DNA of 64,000 nucleotides, taken from positions 30,973 through 94,972 of the forward strand of contig PCUY01000072.1 of NCBI GenBank assembly GCA_002787815.1, given 5' to 3'. This document shows, piece after piece, positions 18,487-29,589 of this stretch. The DNA is from Bacteroidetes bacterium CG12_big_fil_rev_8_21_14_0_65_60_17 (GTDB lineage: Bacteria; Bacteroidota; Rhodothermia; Rhodothermales; UBA10348). The first letter of the stretch is position 1. Every line of letters starts with the position of its first letter. The position numbers were made by a program, and so were the translations under genes. Under the pieces are notes generated by a model, which searched no databases, was not told the origin of the DNA, and saw only the letters and a list, made by a program, of their open reading frames with translations.

Positions 18487-19270
18487 AAGAATGTGTTTTG
18501 CCCTGCTCGCTGGTGCGTTTTTGATGGCGGGTTGTGACAGCGCACCAGGAACGGAAGACGTTTTCCAGCAGCCTCCGGTCGTCGGGGGACTGGTGGTTAC
18601 GCCCGATATCGTGGCAGCGACGCCGGGAGCCGAGACCCAGGTCGAAATCCTGGTCTCCTTTACGGCTACCGATGCCAACGACGATCTGGATCAGGTTTTC
18701 GTGACCGTCCAGGCAAGTGCGTCGGGAGGGGCACCACTCGGACAGGAAATCCTGCCGGCCACGCGCGGACGGCAGGAGGCCCGCGTACTTGTGACGTTGC
18801 CCGCGGGTACGGCCGGATCCTTTCCGGTCGTGGTGACGGCGTCGGACGCGCGAGGCTCGGTGGGCAACAAGCTGGTTGGCCGGTTGGATGTCACGGGCTC
18901 AAGTGCGCCTCCGGAAATTGTCGACATCGATATGCCGGACACGGCGCAGCGGCCGACCGCGGGGCAACCGCCCGTCACCATACCCATCGTTGCCACCGTG
19001 ACCGATCCGGACGGGCGTGCCAACATTGCTCGGGTGGAGGTGGTTGTCAATGGTAGCGTCACACTGCTGCTTTGTGATGACGGGGACAGGGGTACGTGCA
19101 ACGCCGGTTTTGGCTCAAGCGGCGATGAGACGGCAGGAGACGGCCGGTATACGCTGACGATCGCACTTGCCGCTGAAAATGCCGCTGGACCGAACAGCTT
19201 TACGTTCAAGGCAGTCGACCGGACAGGTCTCGAAAGTGCGCCCGTCACCCGAATCCTGGAGGTCCAGTGA
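18476..19270 (+). CDS. lipoprotein with two Ig-like repeat domains
   Basis: Lipobox LMAGCDS. Two internally similar beta-rich repeats (TATDANDDLDQVFVTV / TVTDPDGRANIARVEVVV). Confidence 0.65.
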   Translation: MYSERMCFALLAGAFLMAGCDSAPGTEDVFQQPPVVGGLVVTPDIVAATPGAETQVEILVSFTATDANDDLDQVFVTVQASASGGAPLGQEILPATRGRQEARVLVTLPAGTAGSFPVVVTASDARGSVGNKLVGRLDVTGSSAPPEIVDIDMPDTAQRPTAGQPPVTIPIVATVTDPDGRANIARVEVVVNGSVTLLLCDDGDRGTCNAGFGSSGDETAGDGRYTLTIALAAENAAGPNSFTFKAVDRTGLESAPVTRILEVQ

Positions 19271-20859
19271 TGTCACAAAACCGTGCGTTCCCGCCTCCTG
19301 TAAAGCGATCCGTATGGACGTGGCATCGCCTGACAGGTATCCTGACACTCGTTATCGCGCTGTCTGGCGATGCCATGGCGCAGGCAGTTGACCTGCCGGT
19401 CAGCGAGTTTGGCGTACTGAACAACAGCGTTGCCAATCTTCACGTACGGGGTGACTCGGTCTGGATAGGCCCCTTCCTGAACCTGACCGTCGATGACGGT
19501 GCGACATTTCATCGTGCAGATAGCGACTCCCTGTTCGGAACCATAAATCGCCTGTTCTCCATTGATGTCGAAAACGACGTGGTGGCAGCGGGTATTGGAC
19601 GTGCCGACAACAGCAACGGCGATGGCGTCCAGACGGCAGCCGGATTTTTGATCAGTGAGGATGGTGGCAACACCTTCCGGTTTCGATTCCCTCAGCTTGA
19701 CAATCCCGACGACACCACCATCGTGTTCGGAATCAATACGTTACCGGCTCTTCCCATCATTGCCCCGCAACAGAGTCCACCGTTCGACATCGATGTGGAT
19801 CTGGCGTCGGGCTCCCTGTGGGTTGCAGGGTGGGCCAGTGGCATCCGTCGTTCGGACGACCTGGGTCGCTCGTGGTCGCGGGTGGTTCTGCCTCCGGACG
19901 ACCTCGATTTCGTCTCACCAGATTCAATACATCAATTCACGGTGGAACCCCAACTTGCCGGATCGGGCTCGCTGAACCACATGGGTTTTTCTGTCCTGGT
20001 AGATGCGACGGGGACTGTCTGGGCCGGTACCGCAGGCGGTCTGAACCGCTCCACTGACGGCGGGCATTCCTGGCAGCGCTTCAAAACGGATGGTACCACC
20101 TCGTCACTGACCGGCAACTGGGTTATTTCCATTGAGGAGCAGCCGACCGGCAGCGGCCCGGTTGTGTGGGCGGCCACGTGGAATACAGGCGATGTGGGTG
20201 GCGGAATCAACGGCCAGTTCGGTGTGACCTATACCGCCGATGGGGGTGCAACCTTCAATCAGTCACTGCATGGAGAGCGCATCTTTGACTTCGCGTTCGC
20301 AGGGGACCGGGTGTACGCCGCCGGTGACAATGGTCTGTTCATCAGCGAAGACCAGGGAAGGACGTGGTTCACCATATCGGACTTCCGCGACAAAAGCGAT
20401 CCGTCCCGTCTGGTCCGGCCCGGTTCAAGTGTGTTCTCGGTGGATGTGACACGAAGTGGATCGCTCTGGGTGGGCACGTCGGATGGACTCCTGGTCTCCC
20501 GGGACGGTGGCCTCAGCTGGACCATTTTCCGGACCGATGTACCTGTCAATCCGGACGTGCCGTCGGGCCGTGTCCCCGATGTCGATACGTTTGCCTATCC
20601 CAACCCGTTCTCACCCAGTTCGGATGTATTCATCCGGGTCAAATTCGAGTCGGACCGGGATGGACAGGCCGATCTGCGTGTGTTCGATTATGCCATGAAT
20701 GCAGTCAGAACCGTTTCCGCTCCCATCGTTGCGGGTACGAGTGAGTTGCTGTGGGATGGGCAGGATGACCGAGGTACCCGCGTAGCGAACGGCGTCTATT
20801 TCTATGAAGTCGAAACCGGGAATGACCGGTTCCGAGGCAAGATCCTGGTGATTGAATGA
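19267..20859 (+). CDS. BNR/Asp-box repeat (Ycf48/sialidase-like beta-propeller) protein with FlgD-Ig/T9SS-like C-terminal domain
   Basis: Six Asp-boxes (SEDGGNTF, SDDLGRSWS, STDGGHSWQ, TADGGATF, SEDQGRTWF, SRDGGLSWT). C-terminus FAYPNPFSP...LRVFDYAMNAVRT...LLWDGQDDRGTRVANGVYFYEV. Confidence 0.75.
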   Translation: MMSQNRAFPPPVKRSVWTWHRLTGILTLVIALSGDAMAQAVDLPVSEFGVLNNSVANLHVRGDSVWIGPFLNLTVDDGATFHRADSDSLFGTINRLFSIDVENDVVAAGIGRADNSNGDGVQTAAGFLISEDGGNTFRFRFPQLDNPDDTTIVFGINTLPALPIIAPQQSPPFDIDVDLASGSLWVAGWASGIRRSDDLGRSWSRVVLPPDDLDFVSPDSIHQFTVEPQLAGSGSLNHMGFSVLVDATGTVWAGTAGGLNRSTDGGHSWQRFKTDGTTSSLTGNWVISIEEQPTGSGPVVWAATWNTGDVGGGINGQFGVTYTADGGATFNQSLHGERIFDFAFAGDRVYAAGDNGLFISEDQGRTWFTISDFRDKSDPSRLVRPGSSVFSVDVTRSGSLWVGTSDGLLVSRDGGLSWTIFRTDVPVNPDVPSGRVPDVDTFAYPNPFSPSSDVFIRVKFESDRDGQADLRVFDYAMNAVRTVSAPIVAGTSELLWDGQDDRGTRVANGVYFYEVETGNDRFRGKILVIE

Positions 20860-21884
20860 GGCGATTGTTTACATGGCTGTTTCTCGCTGGAGCACTGGTG
20901 TTGGCTCCCGTCTCCGTTGTCTCGGCGCAGAACGCCGGCGCGTTCACGCGAATAGGGTTCGGGGCGCGTGGTATTGCCCTGGGTAACGCCATCGCCGGAG
21001 ACGTGTCCGGTATGGCGTCTCCGTGGTACAATCCAGCCCACGCGCCCCGAACCTCTTCCCAGCACCTTGCGGCCACCGCCGGACTGTTGTCCTTCGATCG
21101 ATCGGTGCAGTACCTGCAGCTTGGTGCGCCGCTGCAGGGACGTGCCGGTTTTGCCGCCGGACTCATCCATGCGTCGGTAACGGATATTGACGGACGTGAC
21201 AACAGTGGATTCCATACGGGAAACCTCAGCGTGGACGAATATGCCGGATTTCTGGCATTCGGCTTGAATTTCAGTGAGCGCCTGGCCGGCGGATTGTCGT
21301 TCCAGTTCTTCCGAAGCGACCTGTTTGAGGGATTATCGGCCGCCCGATCTGTGGGTATTGATGTTGGCTTCAGTTATCGCCTGCGTGAGCACTGGGGATT
21401 GGGCCTCGTGATCGATGACCTGTTGGCAAGGTATACATGGGACTCCTCGTCCATTTCTTCAAGTGGACGCAGTGTGACCGATAATTTCCCGAGACGGATC
21501 AGGGGAGGGGTAACACATACCCGCATGGACGGTAGATTGCATCTCCTGGCCGAAATTGAATCGAGGACGACCAACGTGGATGTGCGGGTTCGCGAGACGC
21601 GTCTGTTTGGCGGCTCGGTGGTGCAGACCGAGCGCAATGACGATATCACACTCCAGGAGTGGCGCGTGCGTTACGGGGCGGAATATGCGCTGGCGCCAGG
21701 TTTCACGCTTCGGACGGGGCTCGAACAGTTGGGTGAGGATGCTTTTGACTCTGTTCGTCCATCACTCGGTTTCCGGGCCGTTATACCTGTGGGTGAACTG
21801 AATCTTCGGGCCGAGTACGTGTTTGCCTGGGAAGCCCAGGCCGGTGGTCGACTCAACCTGTTCACCGTGGTGCTGGACCTGTGA
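20856..21884 (+). CDS. PorV/PorQ-like outer-membrane beta-barrel protein (paralog 1)
   Basis: Signal peptide ending VSAQ. The N-terminal motif AGAFTRIGFGARGIALGNAIAGDVSGMASPWYNPA resembles PorV/PorQ family N-termini. Barrel-like alternation throughout. Confidence 0.6.
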   Translation: MRRLFTWLFLAGALVLAPVSVVSAQNAGAFTRIGFGARGIALGNAIAGDVSGMASPWYNPAHAPRTSSQHLAATAGLLSFDRSVQYLQLGAPLQGRAGFAAGLIHASVTDIDGRDNSGFHTGNLSVDEYAGFLAFGLNFSERLAGGLSFQFFRSDLFEGLSAARSVGIDVGFSYRLREHWGLGLVIDDLLARYTWDSSSISSSGRSVTDNFPRRIRGGVTHTRMDGRLHLLAEIESRTTNVDVRVRETRLFGGSVVQTERNDDITLQEWRVRYGAEYALAPGFTLRTGLEQLGEDAFDSVRPSLGFRAVIPVGELNLRAEYVFAWEAQAGGRLNLFTVVLDL

Positions 21885-22807
21885 GTCTCCTCAGGATGCT
21901 CTTCATTGTCGTGCTGGGAGCGGCAAGCGTCACATCGCTGCGCGCGCAGGAGTCTGGTCTTGCCTTCCTCGCTGTTGGACTGGATGCCGAATCGCTTGCC
22001 CTGGGCAACCAGGCCGTGGCAACGACCTCCGGTGCGCTGGCCAATTTCTGGAATCCAGCCGGACTTTCGGGCTTCGAAGGAGCGCAGGTCGCTGCATCGC
22101 ACCATATCTGGATCTCCGACGTGCGAACCTATGGAGCCCTCGCGGCGACGCGCCTGGGGCCACGCTGGGGAGGCGGGGCCTTTCTGTCAACGACCCGGTT
22201 CGGAATTGACGACAATTCGTTGCCCGGGAGTGTCAAGCCTGCAGAGGAAGAAGCCGAGTTTTTTGCCATTGGAGCCGCTGTCGGCAGGCACGTTGGCCGT
22301 CATCTGCGTGTTGGGGTCGGCCTCAAGGTCCTTTCCGAACAGCTCGCATCCAGCAGGGCATTCGGATATGCATTTGATGGTGGCGTACAGGCTTCATTTC
22401 TGGACAATGACATCCGTGCAGGGGCCGCACTGGCGAATGTGGGTGAGATGGGAACGTTGAATGTGGAACCGACCAAATTACCGCGTGTGATGCGCGTGGG
22501 GGTATCGGTCTCACCATTCCGGGTAGTGAATGCCTTCGATTCCTCGCTGCTGCTGGATACGGATTTGCATGCCGAGGTCTCGCACAACACGGCCCAGGAC
22601 AGGACACAGGTGCATCTGGGTGTGTCCGGCGTTGTGCTGGAGACGGTCATTGTGCGTACCGGATACCTGTCCAATGACGACCTTCGAAACTGGTCGTTTG
22701 GCGCCGGCATCCAGGCCGCAGGACTGGTGTTCGACTATGCGCTGTTGCCTTTCGAGGAGGGATTCGGGGGAGCAGCCCACATCCTGACCGGGACCTATTC
22801 GTTCTGA
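21881..22807 (+). CDS. PorV/PorQ-like outer-membrane beta-barrel protein (paralog 2)
   Basis: Signal peptide ending LRAQ. LAFLAVGLDAESLALGNQAVATTSGALANFWNPAGL and the C-terminal aromatic TGTYSF. GTG start at 21881 or ATG at 21896. Confidence 0.65.
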   Translation: MSLLRMLFIVVLGAASVTSLRAQESGLAFLAVGLDAESLALGNQAVATTSGALANFWNPAGLSGFEGAQVAASHHIWISDVRTYGALAATRLGPRWGGGAFLSTTRFGIDDNSLPGSVKPAEEEAEFFAIGAAVGRHVGRHLRVGVGLKVLSEQLASSRAFGYAFDGGVQASFLDNDIRAGAALANVGEMGTLNVEPTKLPRVMRVGVSVSPFRVVNAFDSSLLLDTDLHAEVSHNTAQDRTQVHLGVSGVVLETVIVRTGYLSNDDLRNWSFGAGIQAAGLVFDYALLPFEEGFGGAAHILTGTYSF

Positions 22808-22826
22808 GTCCGCAGCCGGCCGCAGG

Positions 22827-23618
22827 TCAAAGGGTGGAAAACGCCTGGCGGAGAGCATCCCATCCCCAGCCGCTCGTTCCGCCAGCACGAATACGTAGAG
22901 TAGCCCAGAAATCCAGGATCAGCATCTGTGTAGCATGGATGGGAACGGCAATCCAGAACGAACGGGTACGCCATACAAGTGCGCCCAGGGCAATGCCACC
23001 CACTACAGAGAGTAATGCCTCCGGCAGGGGCTTGTTCATGTGCAGAATGGCGAATGGCATGGCCTGCACGAAGATGGCATATACTCCGAAGGTGCGTCTG
23101 GTGCCGAAGAGCACAAAACCACGCCACAGGTACTCCCAGCCAACCCAGTAGAAGAGGAAGAGGCCTTCGTAGATCAAAAACCAGCGCCAATTGTGCGCGG
23201 CCGGAGCGTAATGGGGGTAATGCGCCTGGAAGTCACTGCCGGCGGAGAGAATCCATGTGCCTGCGATGACTACAGGGATGTAGACAGCGGTTATTTTCAG
23301 CGCGAGACGGATGTCACCCAGACCGAGTCCCATGTCCTGGACCGACTGCCCGAACACGAACCTCAGCAGCGCGACCGGAAGCAGGAAACCGAGTACTCCC
23401 TGCATGCCGAACCACCACCCCCACGACCACAGGCCCGGATTGCCGATACCGAGTGCGGGGGCAATCTCCATCCTGAACAGCCGGCGATCGCCAAACTGCA
23501 TCTGCAGGATGACGACGAGTGCCGCGACAATCAGTACGGTCACGGTCTGCACGTCAAGCCGTTTTACGACCCGCTGCAGTGTACGCCATTCAGCCGACCA
23601 TGACCCGGTGCCCGGCAC
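22827..23618 (-). CDS. CPBP-family intramembrane glutamic endopeptidase (CAAX protease-like)
   Basis: GWEYLWRGFVLFG (EExxxR-like) and MPFAILHMNKP (FxxxH) motifs; polytopic. GTG start. Confidence 0.78.
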   Translation of the reverse strand: MPGTGSWSAEWRTLQRVVKRLDVQTVTVLIVAALVVILQMQFGDRRLFRMEIAPALGIGNPGLWSWGWWFGMQGVLGFLLPVALLRFVFGQSVQDMGLGLGDIRLALKITAVYIPVVIAGTWILSAGSDFQAHYPHYAPAAHNWRWFLIYEGLFLFYWVGWEYLWRGFVLFGTRRTFGVYAIFVQAMPFAILHMNKPLPEALLSVVGGIALGALVWRTRSFWIAVPIHATQMLILDFWATLRIRAGGTSGWGWDALRQAFSTL

Positions 23619-23620
23619 GG

Positions 23621-24592
23621 CTACAGGTGGCGTTCAGCGTGATAGGACGAGCGGACGAGTGGACCACTTTCCACATGCTCAATGCCCTTGGACTCTCCAA
23701 CCTGCTTGAACCATTTGAATTTCTCCGGGTCGACGAATTCCACTACCGGGAGATGCATGCGCGTGGGCTGCAGATACTGGCCGATGGTCATTACGTCGAC
23801 GCCCGCACTGACAAAGTCGTCCATCAGGGCGAGGACCTCATCGTCCTGTTCACCGAGTCCAACCATGATACCACTTTTTGTGCGCAGTCCCTGGTCTTTC
23901 GAGCGCCGGAGAACTTCCAGGGAGCGCTCATAGATGGCCTGGGGACGGACCTTTCTGTAGAGACTGGGAACGGTTTCCACGTTGTGGTTCAGGATCTCCG
24001 GACGGACATCGAGAACAATCTGAAGGGCATCCCAGAGTCCCCTGAAGTCAGGAATCAGGACTTCGACCGTCACTCCCGGGATCTCCTCCCGGAGTTTTTC
24101 AATCGTGGCTGCAAAAATGGGGGCACCACCGTCTTTTCGTTCATCACGGTTGACCGATGTGATGACAGCGTGCTTCACGCCCATCAATTTGGCAGCGTGC
24201 GCCACACGGTTGGGTTCGTCCCAGTCCAGTCCCTCGTCGGGACGCCCTGTCATGACGGCACAGAACCCACAGCTGCGTGTGCAGACATTCCCGAGAATCA
24301 TGAACGTAGCTGTGCCCGCAGTCCAGCATTCACCCATGTTCGGGCATCGGGCACTCTGGCAGACGGTATGGAGGTCATTGGATTCGATGATCTCCACCAG
24401 GTTCTTGTACGTTTCACCGTATGGAAGCTTCACCCGCAACCAGTCGGGTCGTTTTCCCCGTTCACTGACCGTATGGGGTGTATCGAGCACAGGGAGCTCC
24501 ATCATTCCCGGATCTCCATCTCCGGAGGGCGCTGTACCCAACTGGATTTCTCCTGGACGGAAGGTGGAGCGTTGTTTTTTGCTGTCTGACAT
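23621..24592 (-). CDS. lipA: lipoyl synthase
   Basis: [13 protein letters not shown] and [10 protein letters not shown] cluster motifs. I trimmed the 385-aa ORF to the ATG at 24592 ([10 protein letters not shown]...), giving 323 aa. Confidence 0.93.
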   Translation of the reverse strand: MSDSKKQRSTFRPGEIQLGTAPSGDGDPGMMELPVLDTPHTVSERGKRPDWLRVKLPYGETYKNLVEIIESNDLHTVCQSARCPNMGECWTAGTATFMILGNVCTRSCGFCAVMTGRPDEGLDWDEPNRVAHAAKLMGVKHAVITSVNRDERKDGGAPIFAATIEKLREEIPGVTVEVLIPDFRGLWDALQIVLDVRPEILNHNVETVPSLYRKVRPQAIYERSLEVLRRSKDQGLRTKSGIMVGLGEQDDEVLALMDDFVSAGVDVMTIGQYLQPTRMHLPVVEFVDPEKFKWFKQVGESKGIEHVESGPLVRSSYHAERHL

Positions 24593-24746
24593 GTAGGATC
24601 TGGTCCGTTGCGGCGCCTGTGTTGCACCATTCTCTTTCCGCGTCGCCGAGGAAACCGGTCGCATTGGGTTAAGATCCCCCGAAGCGCTTCCACTGGCAAT
24701 GAAGTTTCGGTTTGCGGTGTCTATCTTGCTTGGCGAAAGGACAGGT

Positions 24747-26174
24747 ATGACAGACCAGGACCAAACAGGAACGTACATGGATTCAGGACAGAAGAGACGG
24801 ATCGCTCCCGATCAGGTAGAGCAGATTTTCATGGAGCACACGAATGCGCGGGGCATGATGCCGATGGTGCTTGGAATGTCCGGATCGGGCGGTGTTCAAC
24901 TACACGATGAACTGCAGAACCGGTCCTATCTGGATTTTTTCGGATTCTATGCGTCGAATGCGATAGGAATGAATCACCCGAAGATGAAATCGGATGATGA
25001 CTTCCGGGAGAGGCTCATGGAAGCCGCCTTGAACAAGGTGACCAACTCGGATATCCGCACTACCCATATGGCGCGGTTCCTGGATACGTTCGGTCGCGTC
25101 GCCAAACCGGACTACCTGCCGCATGCTTTTTTTGTGTCCGGTGGTGCTCTTGCCGTTGAAAATGCGCTCAAGGCGGCTTTTGACTGGAAAGTGCGCAAGA
25201 ATTTCCAGAAAGGGTACAGGCGCGAGGTCGGCCACAAGGTGCTGCATTTTGATCAAGCATTCCATGGGCGAACCGGTTATACGCTCTCGCTGACCAACAC
25301 GGCGGATCCCCGGAAAACCATGTACTTTCCCAAGTTCGACTGGCCGCGGATTACGAATCCGAAAATGATTTTCCCGCTCGAGAAGCATCTTGATGCCGTA
25401 CGGGCACACGAGGAACTGGCGCTCAAGCAGGCCAAGCACTATTTTCGTACGTACACGGACGATATCGCCTGTATCATTGTTGAGCCCATCCAGGGAGAGG
25501 GTGGGGACAATCACTTCCGGCGGGAATTCCTGCAGGCTCTCAAGGATCTGGCATTGGAGAACGATGCATTGCTCATATTCGACGAGGTGCAAACAGGTGT
25601 GGGTGCGACGGGCGCCTTCTGGGCGCATCAGGCGATCGGAGTAGAACCGGATATTATTTCATTCGGTAAAAAAACACAGGTCTGTGGTATTATTGCGGGT
25701 CGGCGTTTGCACGAAGTGGACGATCATGTCTTTGAAATGGGCAGCCGGATCAACTCCACGTGGGGGGGCAACCTGGTCGACATGGTGCGTTTCGATCGGA
25801 TACTTGAGATCATCGAAGAAGACAACCTGATTGAGAATGCGTGCACTGTTGGAAAGCACCTGCAGTCCCGACTTCACGAAATGGAAGAGCACATGCCGGT
25901 GGTGAGCAATGTTCGTGGTCGGGGCCTGTTCTGCGCCATTGATGTACCGACAGGTGAGTTCAGGGATCGCGTCCTGGATGCGTGTTATGAGGAGGGTGTC
26001 GTCATTCTGGGATGTGGGGATCGTTCCATTCGCTTCCGAAGCCCACTTTCCATTACGTCAGAGGAGATTGACCAGGGAATTGAGGTGCTGAAACATGCCC
26101 TGTCGAAGGTCGCTTCAGAGTATCGTCCTCATCGGCAGAATGAAGACCTGAGGGATGCGTTGACCGACGGATAG
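24747..26174 (+). CDS. lat: L-lysine 6-transaminase (class III aminotransferase)
   Basis: [34 protein letters not shown] and FGKKTQVCG (PLP lysine) resemble L-lysine-epsilon aminotransferase. Start at ATG 24747 (MTDQDQ). Confidence 0.75.
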   Translation: MTDQDQTGTYMDSGQKRRIAPDQVEQIFMEHTNARGMMPMVLGMSGSGGVQLHDELQNRSYLDFFGFYASNAIGMNHPKMKSDDDFRERLMEAALNKVTNSDIRTTHMARFLDTFGRVAKPDYLPHAFFVSGGALAVENALKAAFDWKVRKNFQKGYRREVGHKVLHFDQAFHGRTGYTLSLTNTADPRKTMYFPKFDWPRITNPKMIFPLEKHLDAVRAHEELALKQAKHYFRTYTDDIACIIVEPIQGEGGDNHFRREFLQALKDLALENDALLIFDEVQTGVGATGAFWAHQAIGVEPDIISFGKKTQVCGIIAGRRLHEVDDHVFEMGSRINSTWGGNLVDMVRFDRILEIIEEDNLIENACTVGKHLQSRLHEMEEHMPVVSNVRGRGLFCAIDVPTGEFRDRVLDACYEEGVVILGCGDRSIRFRSPLSITSEEIDQGIEVLKHALSKVASEYRPHRQNEDLRDALTDG

Positions 26175-26205
26175 TGTGGAGAGTCCGTCTTCCCGGTCGG
26201 CCCGG

Positions 26206-26976
26206 TTATTCCACGGATATCTTCGGGCGGGACATTTTTTCTATGTCGGCGGGGGTGATTCCCGTGTTGATTTCAAATGATTCCAGTGAAACCGTCTGGG
26301 ATCCTGCATCCCCGGCATCGCCCTCCTGTTTGAACGACACGACAAGGCCGTTACCGACGTCCCGGAAGTCGCTGCTGTACATTGTGATGGCACCCATGGG
26401 CGTCGTGGCTTCCTGTCCTACCTGGTAGAGCGTTTCCACATCATAAAGTACGGTCGTTTCCTGTCCCGCCATGTTGATCTTCACCTCGTAGGCGCGGCTG
26501 CCATCCGGAAGATCCCTGATACCCGCCAGTGACAACAGCGAGTCAGGCATATCGATGTAGGCGAGCTCCGGCTTGGCAGTAAACTGGTTTCTGATACCAT
26601 CACGGGCAGCGGCGGGCATATCATTGATGTCCTGCTGTCCCTGGGCGCTTTTGACCCATCCACCATCCGGGGTGACATAGACCTCCTGCCGAACTGCCTC
26701 GGCCGGGATGCCCTCGGGACCGTCCACCAGGTTGACCAGGCCGTAGATATGGCCCGAGGTTGTACTGTGCGACTCCAATGAAATGCTGATCTCGCCCATG
26801 GCCATCGCAATCCCGATGTTGGCCTTCATGTGCATGTCCTGGACGGCCTCCCATGCCTCCTGTCCGCCGGTCGCTTCAAGGTTGGCTTCAATAATGGAGC
26901 GCGGAGACGTCAGCTCCTGGGCGAGCGCGGGAAACGCGAGGATGAACAAGAACGGTATGAGAATAATTCGACGCAT
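26206..26976 (-). CDS. secreted hypothetical protein (LolA-like/lipoprotein-sorting-fold candidate)
   Basis: Clear signal peptide (MRRIILIPFLFILAFPALAQ) and beta-rich composition. No diagnostic motif. Confidence 0.55.
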   Translation of the reverse strand: MRRIILIPFLFILAFPALAQELTSPRSIIEANLEATGGQEAWEAVQDMHMKANIGIAMAMGEISISLESHSTTSGHIYGLVNLVDGPEGIPAEAVRQEVYVTPDGGWVKSAQGQQDINDMPAAARDGIRNQFTAKPELAYIDMPDSLLSLAGIRDLPDGSRAYEVKINMAGQETTVLYDVETLYQVGQEATTPMGAITMYSSDFRDVGNGLVVSFKQEGDAGDAGSQTVSLESFEINTGITPADIEKMSRPKISVE

Positions 26977-27036
26977 GAGTCTGACGTTGTTTTTTTGGTG
27001 TTGAGCGCTGGTCTACGGGAAAGCAGGGGGAATGTT

Positions 27037-29589
27037 TTACGAAACGGTCCCGGCGTCCGGCGACTCCGTTTCTTCGACTACGATCCGGGTCACATCGGCA
27101 ATGGAGTCTCCGTCCCGCATTTTGATGATGCGCACACCCTGTGTATTGCGGCCGAGCCTGGAAATGGTCGAAATCTCCATACGGATCATGATTCCGTTGA
27201 CTGTCGATATCATGAGATGCTCGTCCTCCTGTACTCCCTTCAGGGAGACCAAGGGTCCCGTCTTGGGTGTCGTTTTCATGGTCAGAATGCCTTTGCCTCC
27301 ACGGGTCTGCACCCGGTATTCGTCCAAGGCGGAACGCTTGCCGTAACCATGGGCACTCACGGTCAGGATGTCGCGCGAATCGTCATGGATCACAACCATG
27401 CCGACTACGCGCTCGTTCTTTCCGAGCGCGATGCCGCGGACACCCCTCGTATTCCGGCCCATCGGACGGGCATCCGATTCATCAAAACGGATGGATTTCC
27501 CGCCTGAAGAGGCGAGTACGACATGGGCGTCACCGTTCGTCAGTCCTGCGTCGAATAACTCATCGTCTTCATCGATGGCTATGGCAATGATGCCGTTCGC
27601 ACGTGGACGGGAGAATGACTCGAGGCGCGTTTTCTTGACCTGCCCACGCAGTGTTGACATGACGACATAATGACTCTTCAGGTACTCTTCGTCTCGGAAG
27701 TCGTCCTTGGCGACAGGCAACACAGCCCGTATGCGGTCGTCCGGTCCGATTTGAATGACATTTCGGATGGAGCGTCCCTTGCTGGTCCGGCTTCCTTCCG
27801 GAATCTCGAAAATACGTAGCCAGAAGCACTGTCCCTGGTCCGTGAAAAAGAGCAGATAGTCGTGATTATTGCCTACAAACAGATGTTCAACAAAATCCTC
27901 ATCCCGCATGGCGCTGCCACGCCGGCCGACGCCACCACGTCCCTGCGCTTCATATTCTGACGAGGCCGTCCGCTTGATAAGTCCCTGGTGGGAGATGGAG
28001 ACAATCATCTGATCGTCCTCGATCAGATCCTCGATGAAGATGTCTCCGCCGCCCACATAGTCTATTTCCGTTCGGCGATCGTCCGCGTACTTCTCCTTCA
28101 TTTCGAGGAGTTCCGTCCGGATAATGGACATCTGAAGCTCCCGGCTTCCAAGGATTTCACGGAGCCGGTCAATCTCGGCCATGACGGCCTTGTACTCCTC
28201 CTCGATTTTTTGACGCTCCAGTCCGGTCAGCCGGTTGAGTCGCAGCTCCAGGATGGCCTTGGCCTGTATCTCGGTCAGTGAAAAGTTTGGCGATCCGTCG
28301 GTTGGGAGGCCAAGCCGTTGGAGTTGCCCGGCGGTCAGTTTTGCCGGGTATGTGCCGGCCATGAGGTTGAGCTTCGCCGCCTCCGTGTCGTCGGAGTGAC
28401 GAATGATCGTAATGACCGTATCGAGATGATCGAGCGCAATCGTCAAACCCTCAAGGATGTGGGCCCGATCCTCGGCCTTGCGCAGATCGTATCGCGTACG
28501 CCGGACGACCACCTCGTGGCGGTGGTCGACATAGTGCCCAATCATCTGTTTCAGGTTCAGCGTCTCTGGCCGCCCTTTGACAAGGGCAACCATATTCATG
28601 CCGAACGTGGTCTGGAGGGGAGTGTATTTGAACAGCTGATTCTGGACGACCATGGGTACGGCGTCCTTGCGCAGTTCAATCACAATGCGCATGCCATCAC
28701 GGTCACTCTCGTCCCGAAGGTCCGATATACCGTCGATTTTCTTGTCCCGGGCGAGAAGGGCTATTTTCTCTATCAGCGTCGCCTTGTTGACCTGGTAGGG
28801 TATTTCCGTGGCAATGAGAGCGAGTTTTCCCGGGCGGACCTCTTCCTCGTGAAATTTGGCCCGCATGATGACCCGTCCGCGACCGGTGTGATAGGCCTGG
28901 CGTACTTCCGTGTGGCCATAGATGGTACCACCTGTCGGGAAATCAGGAGCCGGCATGATTTCCACGAGCTCGTCGATCGTGATATCCCGGTTGTCGACAT
29001 ACGCCACCGTGGCATCGATGGCTTCCGCCAGGTTGTGAGGCGGGATCTTCGTGGCCATACCGACGGCGATCCCGTCGGTGCCATTGATGAGCAGATTCGG
29101 TACGGCGGCCGGCAGCACCTGCGGCTCCTCGAGCGATCCATCAAAGTTCTCCTGGAAGTCCACCGTCTCCTTTCCAAGGTCACGGAGCAGTTCCTCGGAC
29201 AGCTTCTGCATACGGGCTTCCGTATACCGCATGGCCGCCGCTGAATCTCCGTCCACAGAGCCGAAGTTTCCCTGCCCGTCCACGAGTGGATACCGCATGG
29301 AAAATTCCTGGGCCATGCGAACCATGGTATCGTATACCGCGGAGTCACCATGTGGATGGTACTTACCCAACACCTCACCCACGATACGTGCGCTCTTCTT
29401 GTAGGCCGAGCCCGACCCGATTCCAAGCTCGTTCATGCCGAAGAGTACCCGCCGGTGCACAGGTTTCAGGCCATCCCGTACGTCGGGCAGCGCCCGACTC
29501 ACAATGACAGACATCGAATAGTCGATGTAGGAGGACTTCATTTCGTCCTCTATATTGATCGGGAGAATGCGTGGGAGGTCTTGTTCCAT
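27037..29589 (-). CDS. gyrA: DNA gyrase subunit A
   Basis: [28 protein letters not shown], the active-site [10 protein letters not shown], and C-terminal beta-pinwheel repeats; 850 aa. Confidence 0.97.
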   Translation of the reverse strand: MEQDLPRILPINIEDEMKSSYIDYSMSVIVSRALPDVRDGLKPVHRRVLFGMNELGIGSGSAYKKSARIVGEVLGKYHPHGDSAVYDTMVRMAQEFSMRYPLVDGQGNFGSVDGDSAAAMRYTEARMQKLSEELLRDLGKETVDFQENFDGSLEEPQVLPAAVPNLLINGTDGIAVGMATKIPPHNLAEAIDATVAYVDNRDITIDELVEIMPAPDFPTGGTIYGHTEVRQAYHTGRGRVIMRAKFHEEEVRPGKLALIATEIPYQVNKATLIEKIALLARDKKIDGISDLRDESDRDGMRIVIELRKDAVPMVVQNQLFKYTPLQTTFGMNMVALVKGRPETLNLKQMIGHYVDHRHEVVVRRTRYDLRKAEDRAHILEGLTIALDHLDTVITIIRHSDDTEAAKLNLMAGTYPAKLTAGQLQRLGLPTDGSPNFSLTEIQAKAILELRLNRLTGLERQKIEEEYKAVMAEIDRLREILGSRELQMSIIRTELLEMKEKYADDRRTEIDYVGGGDIFIEDLIEDDQMIVSISHQGLIKRTASSEYEAQGRGGVGRRGSAMRDEDFVEHLFVGNNHDYLLFFTDQGQCFWLRIFEIPEGSRTSKGRSIRNVIQIGPDDRIRAVLPVAKDDFRDEEYLKSHYVVMSTLRGQVKKTRLESFSRPRANGIIAIAIDEDDELFDAGLTNGDAHVVLASSGGKSIRFDESDARPMGRNTRGVRGIALGKNERVVGMVVIHDDSRDILTVSAHGYGKRSALDEYRVQTRGGKGILTMKTTPKTGPLVSLKGVQEDEHLMISTVNGIMIRMEISTISRLGRNTQGVRIIKMRDGDSIADVTRIVVEETESPDAGTVS

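Noticed and set aside
24694-24709. TGGCAA-TGAAG-TTTC upstream of lat, and the idea of a lysine riboswitch in the lipA/lat intergenic region
   Set aside because: The essential -12 GC is TC. I could not recognise any conserved L-box helices or core motifs in the ~150-nt leader.
24593-24778. N-terminal extensions of ORF-track calls: lipA to 24778, fumC to 43937, DUF2723 to 3964, bshA to 9058, the TPR-like gene to 54510, FAH to 55094, and the small membrane protein to 50237
   Set aside because: The extensions have no homology-like sequence. Some run through neighbouring genes or regulatory elements, and internal ATGs restore canonical family N-termini and lengths.
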